Position numbers and translations under genes: made by a program
In this document: positions 47,001 through 58,984 of the stretch, piece by piece
Numbering within the stretch: the first letter of the stretch is position 1
Layout: the number at the start of each line of letters is the position of its first letter
The notes under the pieces: model-generated
The model's input: only the letters and a program-made list of their open reading frames with translations
Told to the model about the DNA's origin: nothing
Databases searched by the model: none
Assembly: GCA_950097015.1 (NCBI GenBank)
Contig: CATNEN010000038.1
Span: 3,596,001 to 3,660,000, forward strand
Direction: 5' to 3'
Origin: Macrostomum hystrix
Taxonomy: Eukaryota; Animalia; Platyhelminthes
DNA: 64,000 nt

Positions 47001-50000
47001 GGCGGATTTTTTGCCACTAAACAGTCAGAATGTGCCAATTTCAAAAAATTTAAATCCTGTATTTTTTTTGTAACACTAATTCTAAACCTGTAACATTAAA
47101 TCCCAAACCTGTAAAACTGCATCCCAAACCTGTAATACTGCATCCCAAACCTGTAATATTGAATTCCAAACCTGTAATGTTGAATCCCAAACCTGTAATA
47201 CTGCATCCCAAACCTGTAATATTGAATTCCAAACCTGTAATGTTGAATCCCAAACCTGTAATACTGCATCCCAAGCCTGTAATACTGTATCCCAAACCTG
47301 TAACATTAAATCCGAAACCTGTAATATTAAATCCCAAACCTGTAACATGAAATCCCAAACCTGGAATACTGCATCCCAAACCTGTAATATTAAATCCCAA
47401 ACCTGTAATACTGCATCCCAAACCTGTAATACTGCATCCCAAACCTGTAATACTGCATCCCAAACCTGTAATACTGAATCCCAAACCTGTAATATTAAAT
47501 CCCAAACCTGTAATACTGCATCCCAAACCTGTAATATTAAATCCCAAACCTGTAATACTGCATCCCAAACCTGTAATATTTTATTCCAAACCTGCAATAC
47601 TGCATCCCAAACCTGTAATACTGCATCCCAAACCTGTAATACTGCAACCCAAACCTGTAATGCTGCAACCCAAACCTGTAATACTGCAACCCAAACCTGT
47701 AATACTGCAACCCAAACCTGTAATACTGCAACCCAAACCTGTAATACTGCATCCCAAACCTGTAATATTAAATCCCAAACCTGTAATATTAAATCCCAAA
47801 CCTGTAATACTGCATCCCAAACCTGTAATACTGCATCCCAAACCTGTAACATTAAATCCCAAACCTGTAACATGAAATCCCAAACCTGTAATACTGCATC
47901 CCAAACCTGTAATATTAAATCCCAAACCTGTAATACTGCATCCCAAACCTGTAATACTGCATCCCAAACCTGTAATATTAAATCCCAAACCTGTAATATT
48001 AAATCCCAAACCTGTAATATTAAATCCCAAGCCTGTAATATTAAATCCCAAACCTGAAATACTGCATCCCAAACCTGTAATATTAAATCCCAAACCTGTA
48101 ATACTGCATCCCAAACCTGTAATACTACAACCCAAACCTGTAATACTGCATCCCAAACCTGTAATATTAAATCCCAAACCTGTAGTACTGCATCCCAAAC
48201 CTGTAATACTGCATCCCAAACCTGTAATACTGCATCCCAAACCTGTAATATTTAATTCCAAACCTGTAATACTGCATCCCAAACCTGTAATACTTCATCC
48301 CAAACCTGTAATACTGCATCCCAAACCTGTAATACTGCAACCCAAACCTGTAATATTGAATTTCAAACCTGTAATGTTGAATCCCAAACCTGTAATACTG
48401 CATCCCAAGCCTGTAATACTGTATCCCAAACCTGTAACATTAAATCCCAAACCTGTAATATTAAATCCCAAACCTGTAGCATTAAATCCAAAACCTGTAA
48501 TATTAAATCCCAAACCTGTAATACTGCATCCCAAACCTGTAATATTAAATCCCAAACCTGTAGTACTGCATCCCAAACCTGTAATATTAAATCCCAAACC
48601 TTTAATATTTAATTCTAAACCTGTAATACTGCATCCCAAACCTGTAATACTGCAACCCAAACCTGTAATACTGCATCCCAAACCTGTAATACTGCAACCC
48701 AAACCTGTAATATTGAATTCCAAACCTGTAATATTGAATCATCCAAAATCAAATCCCATATTCATAAACTGAGAATTAAACTGAGAATTTTGAAGTGGAG
48801 TCTGCTGTCTGTAGCTAAACAGGCATTGTCAATAAGAGCCACTAGGAAGTTCTGTATTTTGCTTTCTGAGGGCGCCACTAAAAACTAGGGGCAGTGCCAC
48901 TGCCAGTGCCACTAACAATTTCCAATCTTTGTAGTATATTCTTCGGCGCAAACAAACCCTTTTTTCTATTTCCTATCACCGTACGTTTCGGTTATTTTAC
49001 TCCTAGTGGTCATTGGTGGGAATTCGCGGATTTTCGGGGGCAATTCGCTAAAAATCCGCCAGCTCTTAAAAAATGCAAAGTAAAAGCAGCAGGTATTTGA
49101 GAGAACCTTTTTGTGCTCACAAGGGTTGTACACAGGCTACCATATTTTGTATCTACAGTAACTGACACACAATCAGTTCCGAACTTCAGCTAACAGATTT
49201 CGAGTCTGATTGCTCAGAGAATCCGAAGTCTCAAATTATCTATGATTGCTCAGGTGACTTTTACAAGAAACAGGAGCTCCTACCTGTTTTGCTTCTCAGG
49301 AAATGGCGCGGACGATCCACGGCTCAGCAGGTCAACCACTCGGTCATGGCCGATTTCCGTGGCGATTCGCAGAGCAGCTTCCAGCAATTCTAGGCTATGA
49401 ACGACCTTCATGAGTGACTCGACAACACTGAGGTGGCCGTTCTGTGACGCAATGTAGAGAGGTGAGGAGCCATGGACTTTCTCTTGAAGATTGACGTCGG
49501 CTCGTGCTTTGATGAGTGAGTCCACCACCTCCTTATGGCCATTTTGTGATGCAATGTAGAGAGGTGAGCAGCCATGGACTTTCTCTTGAAGATTGACGTC
49601 GGCTCGTGCTTTGATGAGTGAGTCCACCACCTCCTTATGGCCATTGTAGGATGCACGGAAGAGAGGTGACTCGCCAGTATTTCTTTGAAGATTGACGTCG
49701 GCTCGTGCTTTGATGAGTGAGTCCACCACCTCCTTATGGCCTTGCTGTGATGCAATGTAGAGAGGTGAGCAGCCATCGACTTCTTGAAGATTGACGTCGG
49801 CTCGTGCTTTGATGAGTGAGTCCACCACCTCCTTATGGCCATTTTGTGATGCAATGTAGAGAGGTGAGCAGCCATGGACTTTCTCTTGAAGATTTACGTC
49901 GGCTCGTGCTTTGATGAGTGAGTCCACCACCTCCTTATGGCCTTGCTGTGATGCAATGTAGAGAGGTGAGCAGCCATCGACTTCTTGAAGATTGACGTCG

Positions 50001-50974
50001 GCTCGTGCTTTGATGAGTGAGTCCACCACCTCCTTATGGCCTTGCCGTGATGCAATGTAGAGAGGTGAGCAGCCATCGACTTCTTGAAGATTGACGTCGG
50101 CTCGTGCTTTGATGAGTGAGTCCACCACCTCCTTATGGCCATTTTGTGATGCAATGTAGAGAGGTGAGCAGCCATGGACTTTCTCTTGAAGATTTACGTC
50201 GGCTCGTGCTTTGATGAGTGAGTCCACCACCTCCTTATGGCCTTGCTGTGATGCAATGTAGAGAGGTGAGCAGCCATCGACTTCTTGAAGATTGACGTCG
50301 GCTCGTGCTTTGATGAGTGAGTCCACCACCTCCTTATGGCCTTGCCGTGATGCAATGTAGAGAGGTGAGCAGCCATCGACTTCTTGAAGATTGACGTCGG
50401 CTCGTGCTTTGATGAGTGAGTCCACCACCTCCTTATGGCCATTTTGTGATGAAATGTAGAGAGGTGACTCGCCAGTATTTCTTTGAAGATTGACGTCGGC
50501 TCGTGCTTTGATGAGTGAGTCCACCACCTCCTTATGGCCATTTTGTGATGAAATGTAGAGAGGTGAGGAGCCATGGACTTTCTCTTGAAGATTGGCGTCG
50601 GCTCGTGCTTTGATGAGTGAGTCCACCATTCGGTGGTGACCAAATGCGGATGCAAAAAGCAATGCTGTCTCCCCTCTCCAGTTCTGCTTATCTACATCTG
50701 CAATGGCTCGGATGAGTCTGACCAGAATTTCATGTCTTCCGTAGAGGCAAGCGAGCATTGCTGGAGTATAAAATGAGTCTGTAAAGGGGATGAAGGCATC
50801 GAGGCTCCCGCCGCTGGCAATGAATCGCTGAACCGACTCCACTCGGTCATCTCTGATGGCTGCCAGCAGCTCCTCGTTGGTGAGTTCTTCTGAGTCTTCT
50901 CGCTGCTGTGAGGAATGAAGTGAGTTCATCAGGTACTCCAGGACAGCCGTGAGTATTCTCAGCAAGAGAAACAT
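44038..50974 (-). CDS. Ankyrin-repeat cGAS-like receptor (ANK + Mab-21 nucleotidyltransferase); exons 50974(or 50929)-49284, 46746-46397, 45461-44038
   Basis: Exon 1: ~15 ankyrin repeats ([26 protein letters not shown]). Exon 2: VGSFSE...SDIDV NTase motif. Exon 3: AVDQV third acidic residue and Mab-21 helical motifs [38 protein letters not shown]. Both GT-AG junctions are in phase (phase 2, then phase 1). Confidence 0.85.
45734..45811 (-). mobile_element. 3' fragment of the same SINE family as 24349-24610
   Basis: The reverse complement ggtgtccaccccagtccatggactgaacc.. matches ggcgtccccccagtccatggactggaca at ~24527. Confidence 0.55.
46747..46940. repeat. 52-bp tandem repeat (~3.7 copies) containing the splice acceptor of cGLR exon 2
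   Basis: gaagggtgagaggaggcggcagtg(a/c)tgagtttcagtgaggctgggaggctct in tandem. Confidence 0.9.
47070..48740. repeat. 21-bp intronic minisatellite
   Basis: cccaaacctgtaatactgcat in tandem. Confidence 0.96.
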
Positions 50975-51107
50975 TTTGCATGTGTCTGCTTCTGGGTTGG
51001 GAAAATGGCAAATGTGGTGGAGTAGCTTGGCACATTGCTTTTGTTGTCCGCTGCAGCCAACCAGAAGCCTTCTTTACTGCAGGAGGCTTATTGGCTGTTC
51101 AGCTGCT

Positions 51108-52141
51108 TAGAGGAGAGGGAAGGAGAGGAGAAGAGGAGAGGAGGAGACGAGAGGAGAGAAGAAAACGAGAGAAGAGGAGAAAAGAGGAGAGAAGAGGAGC
51201 TGACGACGAGAAAAGAGGAGACGAGAGGAGAGGAGAAGAGAAGAGAGGAGAGGGGAAAAGGAGAGATGAGAAGAGAGAAGACAAGAGGGGACAGGAGAGG
51301 AGAGAAGACGAGAGCTGAAGAGAAGAGGAGATGAGAGAAAAGGAGAGAAGGAGAGGAGAGGAGAGAAGAAATGGAGAGAAGAGGAGAAAAGAGGAGGAGA
51401 GGAGAGGAAAGGAGAGGAGAAAGAGAGAAGAGGAGAGGAGAGGAGAGGAGAAAAGTAGATGAATAAAGGAGAGGAGAGAACAAAGGAAAAGAAGAGGAGA
51501 GAGGAGGAGAGGAGAGAAGAGGAGACGAGGAGAGGAGAGGAGAAAGGGAGAGGAGAAGAGGAAAAAGGAGAGGTGTGGAGAGGAGAGGAGAAGAGGAGAG
51601 GAGGAGAGAAAAAGAGGAGAGTAGATAAGAGAAGAAGAGGAGAGGAGAAGAGGAAAAGAGAGAAAAGGAGGGAAGAGGAGAGGAGAGGAGAAGAGGAGAG
51701 GAGAGGAGAAGAGGAGAGGACAGGAGAAGAGGAGAGGAGAAGAGAGGAGAAGAGGAGAGAGGAGGAGAAGAGAGGAAAAGAGGAGAGGAAGGGAGTGGAG
51801 AAAAGGAGAATAGGAGAGGAGAGGAGAGGTGAGGAGAAGAGGAGAGGAGAGGAGAAGAGGAAAGGAGTAGAGGAGAGAAGATGAGAAAAGAGGAGAAAAG
51901 GGGAGAAAAGAGGAGAAGAGGAGAGAAGAGGAGACAAGAAGAGGAGAGGAGAGAAGAGGAGGGAAGAGGAGAGGAGAGGAGAGGAGAAGAGGAGAGGAGA
52001 GGAGAAGAGGAGTGGAGTAGAGGAGAAAGAGGAGAGAAGAGAAGAGGAGAGGAGAAGAGGAGGAGAGAGAAGAAGAGAGAAGAGGAGAGGAGAGGAGAAG
52101 AGGAGAGGAGGGGAGGAGTGGAGAGGAGAGGAGAGGAGAGA
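51108..52141. repeat. ~1-kb polypurine (GA-rich) low-complexity tract
   Basis: Almost only G and A on the + strand. Confidence 0.96.
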
Positions 52142-55100
52142 AGCTCGCACAGGCGGGACACAACGCCTGTGAGGTATGAGTCAGTCCAGGCCCACGGGCT
52201 AAGGTCTGCGATGCCTTACACCTGCAGTCGCCTTTTGAGCAGGCTTGGCAGGAAGGAGCCCCGTGCCTTCGGGTGCAGGAAACCCTCCACGTTTTCCCGT
52301 CAGCTGACCCATGGGTACACGTCCCGCGAGTGTTCAAGGCTGACCCTAGGGCAGCCGGACAGAATGGGCAACAGCGCTGGATGACCCATCCAGGGCCTCT
52401 GGCCAAACTGGGTACCTCTAGCCTTGGCTGGAGGGAAAGGTGTCACCCTTTGACCTCAACAGGGTATGCGGCCAGTCCGCAGCGTTCGTGCACCTGTGCG
52501 TGATCAGGTACCTCTGGCTACGGCTGGTGGAACAGGTGTCACCCTTCGACCTCAACAGGGTACGCAGCCAGTCTGCGGGCCTGGCACTGCTCTAGGTGCC
52601 CTCTTATGCCTAAGGTCTCACCGCGCTGAGGGGCTGAAAGGTCCGGGGAGTATATCCGGCTAATCCGTTAGCGGTTTTTATGTTTAATTTAAAATTTTTT
52701 TGTCATTCCAGCAACCTATGGAGTCCCACTATAGCTCCAGCACGTCCCAGGACCCTGCTGAAACGCTGACCCCGGCCGGCGACGCAGATCCTCAGGACCA
52801 GCGCCAGGGCGACACCGGTTCCACCGGCGCTCAAAACCCATCCTGCTCCTCCGCCACTCAGAAAAACACCAGAGCGGCTGGATCTAAGAGCAAACGCTCC
52901 CCTGCCAGCTTCGCCCGCTTCCAGGAATTCGGGCGGCGCAAACAGGAAGCACGGTTGGCTGCAAAATCCGCGCCAAACACCGCCTCCGAGGAGGGGGCCG
53001 GCAACTCTGCAAACATCGCGGAGGAACCGGCACCCAACAAGGAGGCGGACTCCTCGCGTCGTCCGGGAAACCCGGAAGCGCGGAAAAGTGCCGCCCAGGC
53101 CTCTGGGGCGTCCGGTTCCTCTCGTGGCGGAACCTCTCACAGTCATCCGGAAACTCCGACGACTGCTGGGGGGCCGTTGCGGGAGGCGCCGGCCAAACCA
53201 CAAAGCCAAAGCGCACTTACGCTGCTATGGCAAAGAGGCAGCCGGCCTTGGTTATCCGAGGCCAGGAGACGCCCCTCTCGACAGCGCAACTCGACCAGAT
53301 TTGGCGCAGATTGGACTCCCTTCTGGTGAAACTGGCACTGAGCGGTACTGTGCTGCACGTCCTGAAGACCGACATCCAGGACCAAGCCCTCATTGTCCAG
53401 CCTTGTCCAACCAGTCCGGACTGCAACTCCTCGAGATGCTGAAAACCTTCGACTGGGGCACGGAAATGGGCAACCTGTTTATCTACAGGGAGGACGAGCG
53501 CCCCTAGACACACCGTCATCGTGTTTGGATCCCAGCTCGCAGCGCCATCTGCTGTTGGCAATCTACCCGGATCTGCCAGCAAACGGTGTCGTGGTTCATG
53601 AAACCATCACCAGACCTGATGGAGATGGTTTCACGGCCATTCTAGGACTGACGGACAGCTGGATGCTCCGCTGCCCAGACATGTCCTACATCAGTGCAGG
53701 TCTCACTCGAATGCAGATCTTCAGCTTCGAGTCCGACGCCACTCGCCCGCCGCCCCCGGAAAAGCGGAAACGGACGAATCAGAGCTCTGCCGGGCCCCTG
53801 CGATGAGGAATCTCTCCTGAACAACTCGCCGTAGGCCAGCAGGTAACCGCACGGACCGCCCCTTCTGGGGTGAGCTTCCTGCAGCTGAACCTGCACCACT
53901 GCATCGCGGCCTCGACCAACCTGGTGCGTGTGGTGGACTTCGTAAAACCGGGCATCATCCTCCTCCAGGAGCCCTGGACGAAGAAAGGTAAGATTCCGAA
54001 CATTCCTGCAGGTTTTGACTGTTTTTCATGCCCCAAAACCCCAGGGCTGCTGTGTTCGCGACTACCGATCTCAAAGCTTGGCATAGACCAGACCTCTCTG
54101 ACAAAGACCTCTGTGCCATCCAAACCAACCACATTCTCCCGAACCGCACCGTCATCATCGCCTCTATCTACATTCCTGGTGACGGTCCGGCGGTTCCGCC
54201 CAGTCTGACTTCCCTCGTGGACTACTGCTCAGACCGCGACTTTGAGCTGCTGGTGGCAGGCGACATTAACGCCCACCACACCCACTGGGGCAGTGTTACT
54301 TCAAACTGCTGAGGCGAGGATCTCCTTGCCTACATCTGCACCACCAATATTGAGTTCTGCAACTCGGGTGGCACACCCACCTTTGACAATGCGCGACCAT
54401 CCTGACAGCTCATGAAACCTCTTGCCCCCTTAAAGCCTACAAAGGCAAAAAATCCGCTCCCTGGTGGAACCCAGCGCTTGGAACCCTCCGGCGCAAGGCC
54501 AAATCCCTCCAGCGGATTGCGCGGAAAAGCAAGGACCCAGCTGACCTGACCGCCTACCAGAATGCGATTCGCGACTTTAAGCATGACACCAGGAAAGCGA
54601 AGTCCGATAAGTGGCGCCAATACTGCGCCGAGCTTGAGGGCACGCGCCCAACCTCTCGCGTTGTAAAAGCGCTCACTCCTGACAAAATGTCGAAGCTCTC
54701 AGTGATCAAAAGACCGGACGGCCGGCTTGCTGAGAATCCTGGCGAATCGCTGGACATCATGCTCGCCAGCGCTTTCCCCCGGACAGCGCCGCTTCAGGAC
54801 CCGCCGGACCACACTCCGGGTGGACACATCCTTGCGACCACCATTATCACTAGAGAACGGACAGCTCGCGCTGCTAATTCCTTCTCACCTTTTAAGTCAC
54901 CTGGACCTAACAAGATTTACCCCGCCTTCCTACATGAAGCGGTGAAAAATGACAAGTTCCTCGGCCTCCTCTGCAACCTGTTCAAGGCCTGCATCACCCT
55001 CGGGTACGTACCCAGGTCTTGGCAGGAAGCCACTATCGTCTTCATCCCCAAGCCTGGGAAGGGAGACTACCATTGCGCCAAAGCCTTCCGCCCCATCAGC

Positions 55101-55225
55101 TTAACATCCTTCTTTCTTAAACTGCTTGAAAGGCTAGTTCTTTGTCGCCTCCTTCACGTTGAGCTGAGGAACTCCCCGCTCTCCGCCAACCAGCACGCCT
55201 TTCGATCCGGACGCTCCATCGAAAG
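52142..55225 (+). mobile_element. Decayed non-LTR retrotransposon (LOA/R1-like): 5'UTR, disrupted ORF1, APE endonuclease and 3'-truncated RT
   Basis: APE motifs: FLQLNLHH, LLQEPW, IASIYIP, AGDINAHHTHWGS, GGTPTF. RT N-terminal motifs: KSPGPNKI, WQEATIVFIPKPGK, FRPISLTSFFLKLLERLV, QHAFRSGRS. Several frameshifts and stops. Confidence 0.88.
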
Positions 55226-55730
55226 TCTTATTACGTGAAGCTGGCGGAGGAGATTCACAGCGAGCTCCTTTTCAACATTGTTCCGGATAAAAGCGATTTT
55301 TTCATCGTTTATTACGTGTGCGGCTTCTGCGCCCGCTCTGTGACGAAATTGCGAATCATGCAGGGAGACCCTCCTCTGGGATGCTCCATCAGCAGAATTT
55401 TACTTTAAAGAGGACGGAGCTAAGAACATCAAGGATGCTTCGGACTTTCTCGCTGAAGTCAATCGAGAAGGCACTTGTTCCCGATTGGCATACTATGCTG
55501 GCGTGCCTTCGTCGAGATTAAGAGCACACCAAGATTGAAGGACAGGTTTCTGTCAGCCTCGAACCAGAGAGCCGGGTTTCATCAAGTCATGGATTTTGTG
55601 CTCGCGGACAACCCGACGTTCCTGTTCGGCCGGACGCACTGCACGGATGGCGACGACTTGGTGCCGGAGATTACTAAGAGGTTTCTCAATTGCATGGCCA
55701 AAAACCTGGCTCGGCAGATGGCCGAGTACT
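55226..55730 (+). pseudogene. Possible C-terminal fragment of a P-element/THAP9-like transposase
   Basis: Broken frames give FIVYYVCGFCARSV and FLSASNQR...HCTDGDDLVPEITKRFLNCMAKNLA, resembling P-type transposase C-termini as I recall them. Confidence 0.45.
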
Positions 55731-55760
55731 GTACTGTACTGTGTACTATACTGAAAGTAC

Positions 55761-55950
55761 TGTGTAGTTTCATTGAGCAACGCTGGGATTCCCGCCATGC
55801 TCTGTTTGCACCATAGACATTCCACCGGGGTTTTAATGTCGTCTATTAAAACCGCGCGGTATTTAATGGCGGGAATCCCAGCGTTGCTCAATGAAAATAC
55901 ACACCGGCTATTTCGGGCATCAATGTCTATGACATGCTATTTTCTTTGCT
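55761..55950. mobile_element. Truncated copy of a palindromic MITE-like element
   Basis: Near-identical to ~57421-57610. Confidence 0.75.
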
Positions 55951-56677
55951 TTGCTTAATATCAGCATTAACCAAGCTGATGTCACTGCAGTACTGCAAAG
56001 GAGGCTGCAGAAGCTGACCGGTTCCAGTAGCAGAAGTTAAATGGACTTGCAACTTAACTAAGGACACTATAGTTACTGTTTTACTGTTGGACTATTCATT
56101 CCTATCACTTTCAGTGAAAGTAGTGAGTACTAATTTTGATCTTGATTTCTCATATAGGAATTTTAATGTTTTTGTGTTTGCTAAGAAATTTCTATTTTCT
56201 TTTGCCATTGCTATACTGCTATTTGTATTTTCTATTCAGCTATTGTTACGAAAGCAATTGTATGGATCATCTTTTTAATTTTTAATTTTCTTTTCAATTT
56301 CCTGTACAAGCATACTTATTACAGTATTTGATTCTACTTAGTGCACGTGCAAAATAAACCTTGGGGCTTGGGGTAGTGAGGCTTTCCAGACTAGAAAAAG
56401 CCAGCCGTGTATGGTGTGGCAGCCAAAATGGGAGTTTCCATTCCAGCTACTGTATTCAGAGTTCCTTGGCGTAACACGTCAGTGCACGGCGGGAGGGCTC
56501 TGAACGGTTTTGGACAGCATCGCTTAGCAATCGATTCAGAGTTCAATTTATTTCTCTTCAATGCCAGAAAAGGCAGTCTGAAAAAAACTGGCAGAAATAA
56601 ATAGGATCGCATTATTCCAACCTAACAGACACTATCAAATAAACTCATACAAGCGTAACAAGAGAAAGGTCTGCACA

Positions 56678-58433
56678 ATGAGACCACTTGTAGTTCTCAT
56701 CCGCCACCCGCTCTGCTGCTCGGTCCTCCGCTGCGTGTTTGCCGTTGAGCTCGGTCCCATCGGCTGCTACGTGGATAACGTGGGCGTTGTCAGGGACCTC
56801 AATGGCCTGGCCGGCATGTCCACCATCGGGTCCTACACGGTGAACACATTCGAAAAGGGCGTCTTTATGAGCTCAATGACTCTGCAGTTGTGCAGCACCA
56901 TCTGCAGCATCGGCAGCTTTGTCTACTTTTGTGTCCAGAATGGAGACTACTGCTTCTGTGGCAACTCCTACGGCAGTCAGGGCGTTGCTGCGGCCTCCGA
57001 CTGCAACAAGCCGTGCGCTGGAGATGTCAGCCAGATCTGCGGAGCTTGGGATCGCAACTCTGTGTACCAACTGCTCTACCTGCGTTCTAGTAAGCACTTT
57101 TGGATATATATTATTATCAGATTATCCTGCCACAATTGTTGCATTTCCTTATGGCTTGCAATCTCGATCATTGTAATTTTCCTGCACGACTTTTCATGTC
57201 GAAATATCGTTGTCTTTCGACCACAGACAATTTCATTCTCGCTCGTCATTTGGGGATGATAAAAAATAATGTTACCAATGTTGACCAACTGCTAGCTTTT
57301 CCTTAGTCTCGTCGCTTTGATTGGTTTATTCCTGCACGCGGACGAGCGCGTGAATGTAAGAATATATACCGGCTATTGAGGGTATCAAAGGGCATAGACA
57401 GTGATGCCCGAAATAGCCGGTGTGTATTTTCATTGAGCAACGCTGGGATTCCCGCCATGCTCTGTTTGCACCATAGACATTCCACCGGGGTTTTAATGTC
57501 GTCCATTAAAACCGCGCGGTATTTAATGGCGGGAATCCCAGCGTTGCTCAATGAAAATACACACCGGCTATTTCGGGCATCAATGTCTATGAAATGCTAT
57601 TATCTTTGCTCCCTCCTGTTGTCGCTACTTCAACGTTTGAACTACAAGAACGTTGTAGCCATAGACATAGACATAGTTTAACGATGTTCATTAAAACCCT
57701 TGCTCAGCGTTGTTCAATGGCAAAACAAGTGTGGGAACCGTTTTTTACCATTTCATTCCTGCATGACAAAATGTATCGTATTAAATCGGAGGAAAATTTT
57801 GGCGTCCACCAATTATATAGGGCCGATTATTGCACGCCTTAAATGTCTATGGCCACGCTTGCATTATTTGTCCTGCTACCATAGACATTTTGAGTTTCAT
57901 ATTTCATATGGATGGCGTCCAGGCGCACAGTACAGTAGCTAACGCCATTGTTGCACTCATTGCCTGTCTCTCATAGCACTCGGTTTTAACATAGACGTTA
58001 TATCGAATTTGTCGTTACGCACTCGTGATTAAGACCATTAAAGCACGCAGCTGCGATCTAGTAATCCTACATTCCTTCATGCTGTGGTCAGACGACAATG
58101 ACGCGACGCATTGAATAATGACTATAGGACATGCTGCGAGGTAATTAGCAACAGATGCATTCAAGAGCTCAACTTCCTCACAATGGAAATGCCATTCCAG
58201 TTGGCACACTGTTCGTCCTGCAGACTGGCCGATTGTACCTGAATGCGAGCTCCTCCAGCGGACCGTTCTACCGCAGCCCGCAGCCAATCAGGAGCGACAT
58301 GGAATGCTTCGTGAACTGCAACGCCGACTGCCAGGCAGTTCTGGTCGGTCCGGGCGTCTGCCAACTGTTCAAGTTCCCCGCTGTGCCCCACGAGCTGCTC
58401 AACATGCCGGGCGAGTTCTTTGTTCGAGTCTAG
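56678..58433 (+). CDS. Small secreted WSC-domain protein with a C-terminal PAN/apple-like Cys domain; exons 56678-57089, 58201-58433
   Basis: Hydrophobic leader, then WSC motif GCYVDN..RDL..MTLQLCSTIC..VQNGDYCFCGN..DCNKPCAGDVSQICG..RNSVY. Phase-1 GT-AG intron into ECFVNCNADCQAV..CQL. AATAAA at ~58495. Confidence 0.8.
57393..57591. mobile_element. ~200-bp palindromic MITE-like element with ~66-bp TIRs starting CATAGAC
   Basis: catagacagtgatgcccgaaatagccgg...cccgccat is inverted against atggcggg...ccggctatttcgggcatcaatgtctatg. Confidence 0.8.
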
Positions 58434-58984
58434 CCTTCAAGATGAGACCGTCTTCAATGTGGCTCACGGGTGAAACATCTCAATGAGAGCAAAAAATAAA
58501 GAATATTTAAAATATTTAAATTCCTGAGCAACTCTAATTACTTAAAACTCCGGCCAGCATTACAATGAAACACTTTTCAAGTTATTTATCAAAACCTTGA
58601 GTAGCTACAAAATATACTGACTTGGCTTTGACAAAGACCTCTTTGCAGCCATTGAGAAGCATCTATTGATTAACAAAGATAAGCTATCAAGCACACGCAG
58701 ACAGTGTAGTATTCAGTATCACAAAGAAATCAAATTTTTGAATGACAAATACTTAATAACATCACAGCAAGAAAGACATTGGCAGCAATTGAGCAGCATG
58801 AATTGGTTGAAATATTGTCCCCCAAAGAACCCAGCGAAAACTCTTGATATTTTAAACTCAGAAGTGTTGATCGACACGCTAACTGTCCTGAGGTCAAACT
58901 CACATTAAGACAATAACTGACTAAGAGAAGTTATTGAAAATCATTAATTAATGAAAAATAATTCTCTTACAGTCACTGATGACA

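Noticed and set aside
47050-48772. ITGLGCS / QTCNTAS repeat ORFs as part of the cGLR
   Set aside because: This is a 21-bp minisatellite inside an intron; the flanking exons join in frame without it.
50980-52406. Glu/Arg-rich and Leu/Ser-rich ORFs
   Set aside because: They are translations of the GA low-complexity tract.
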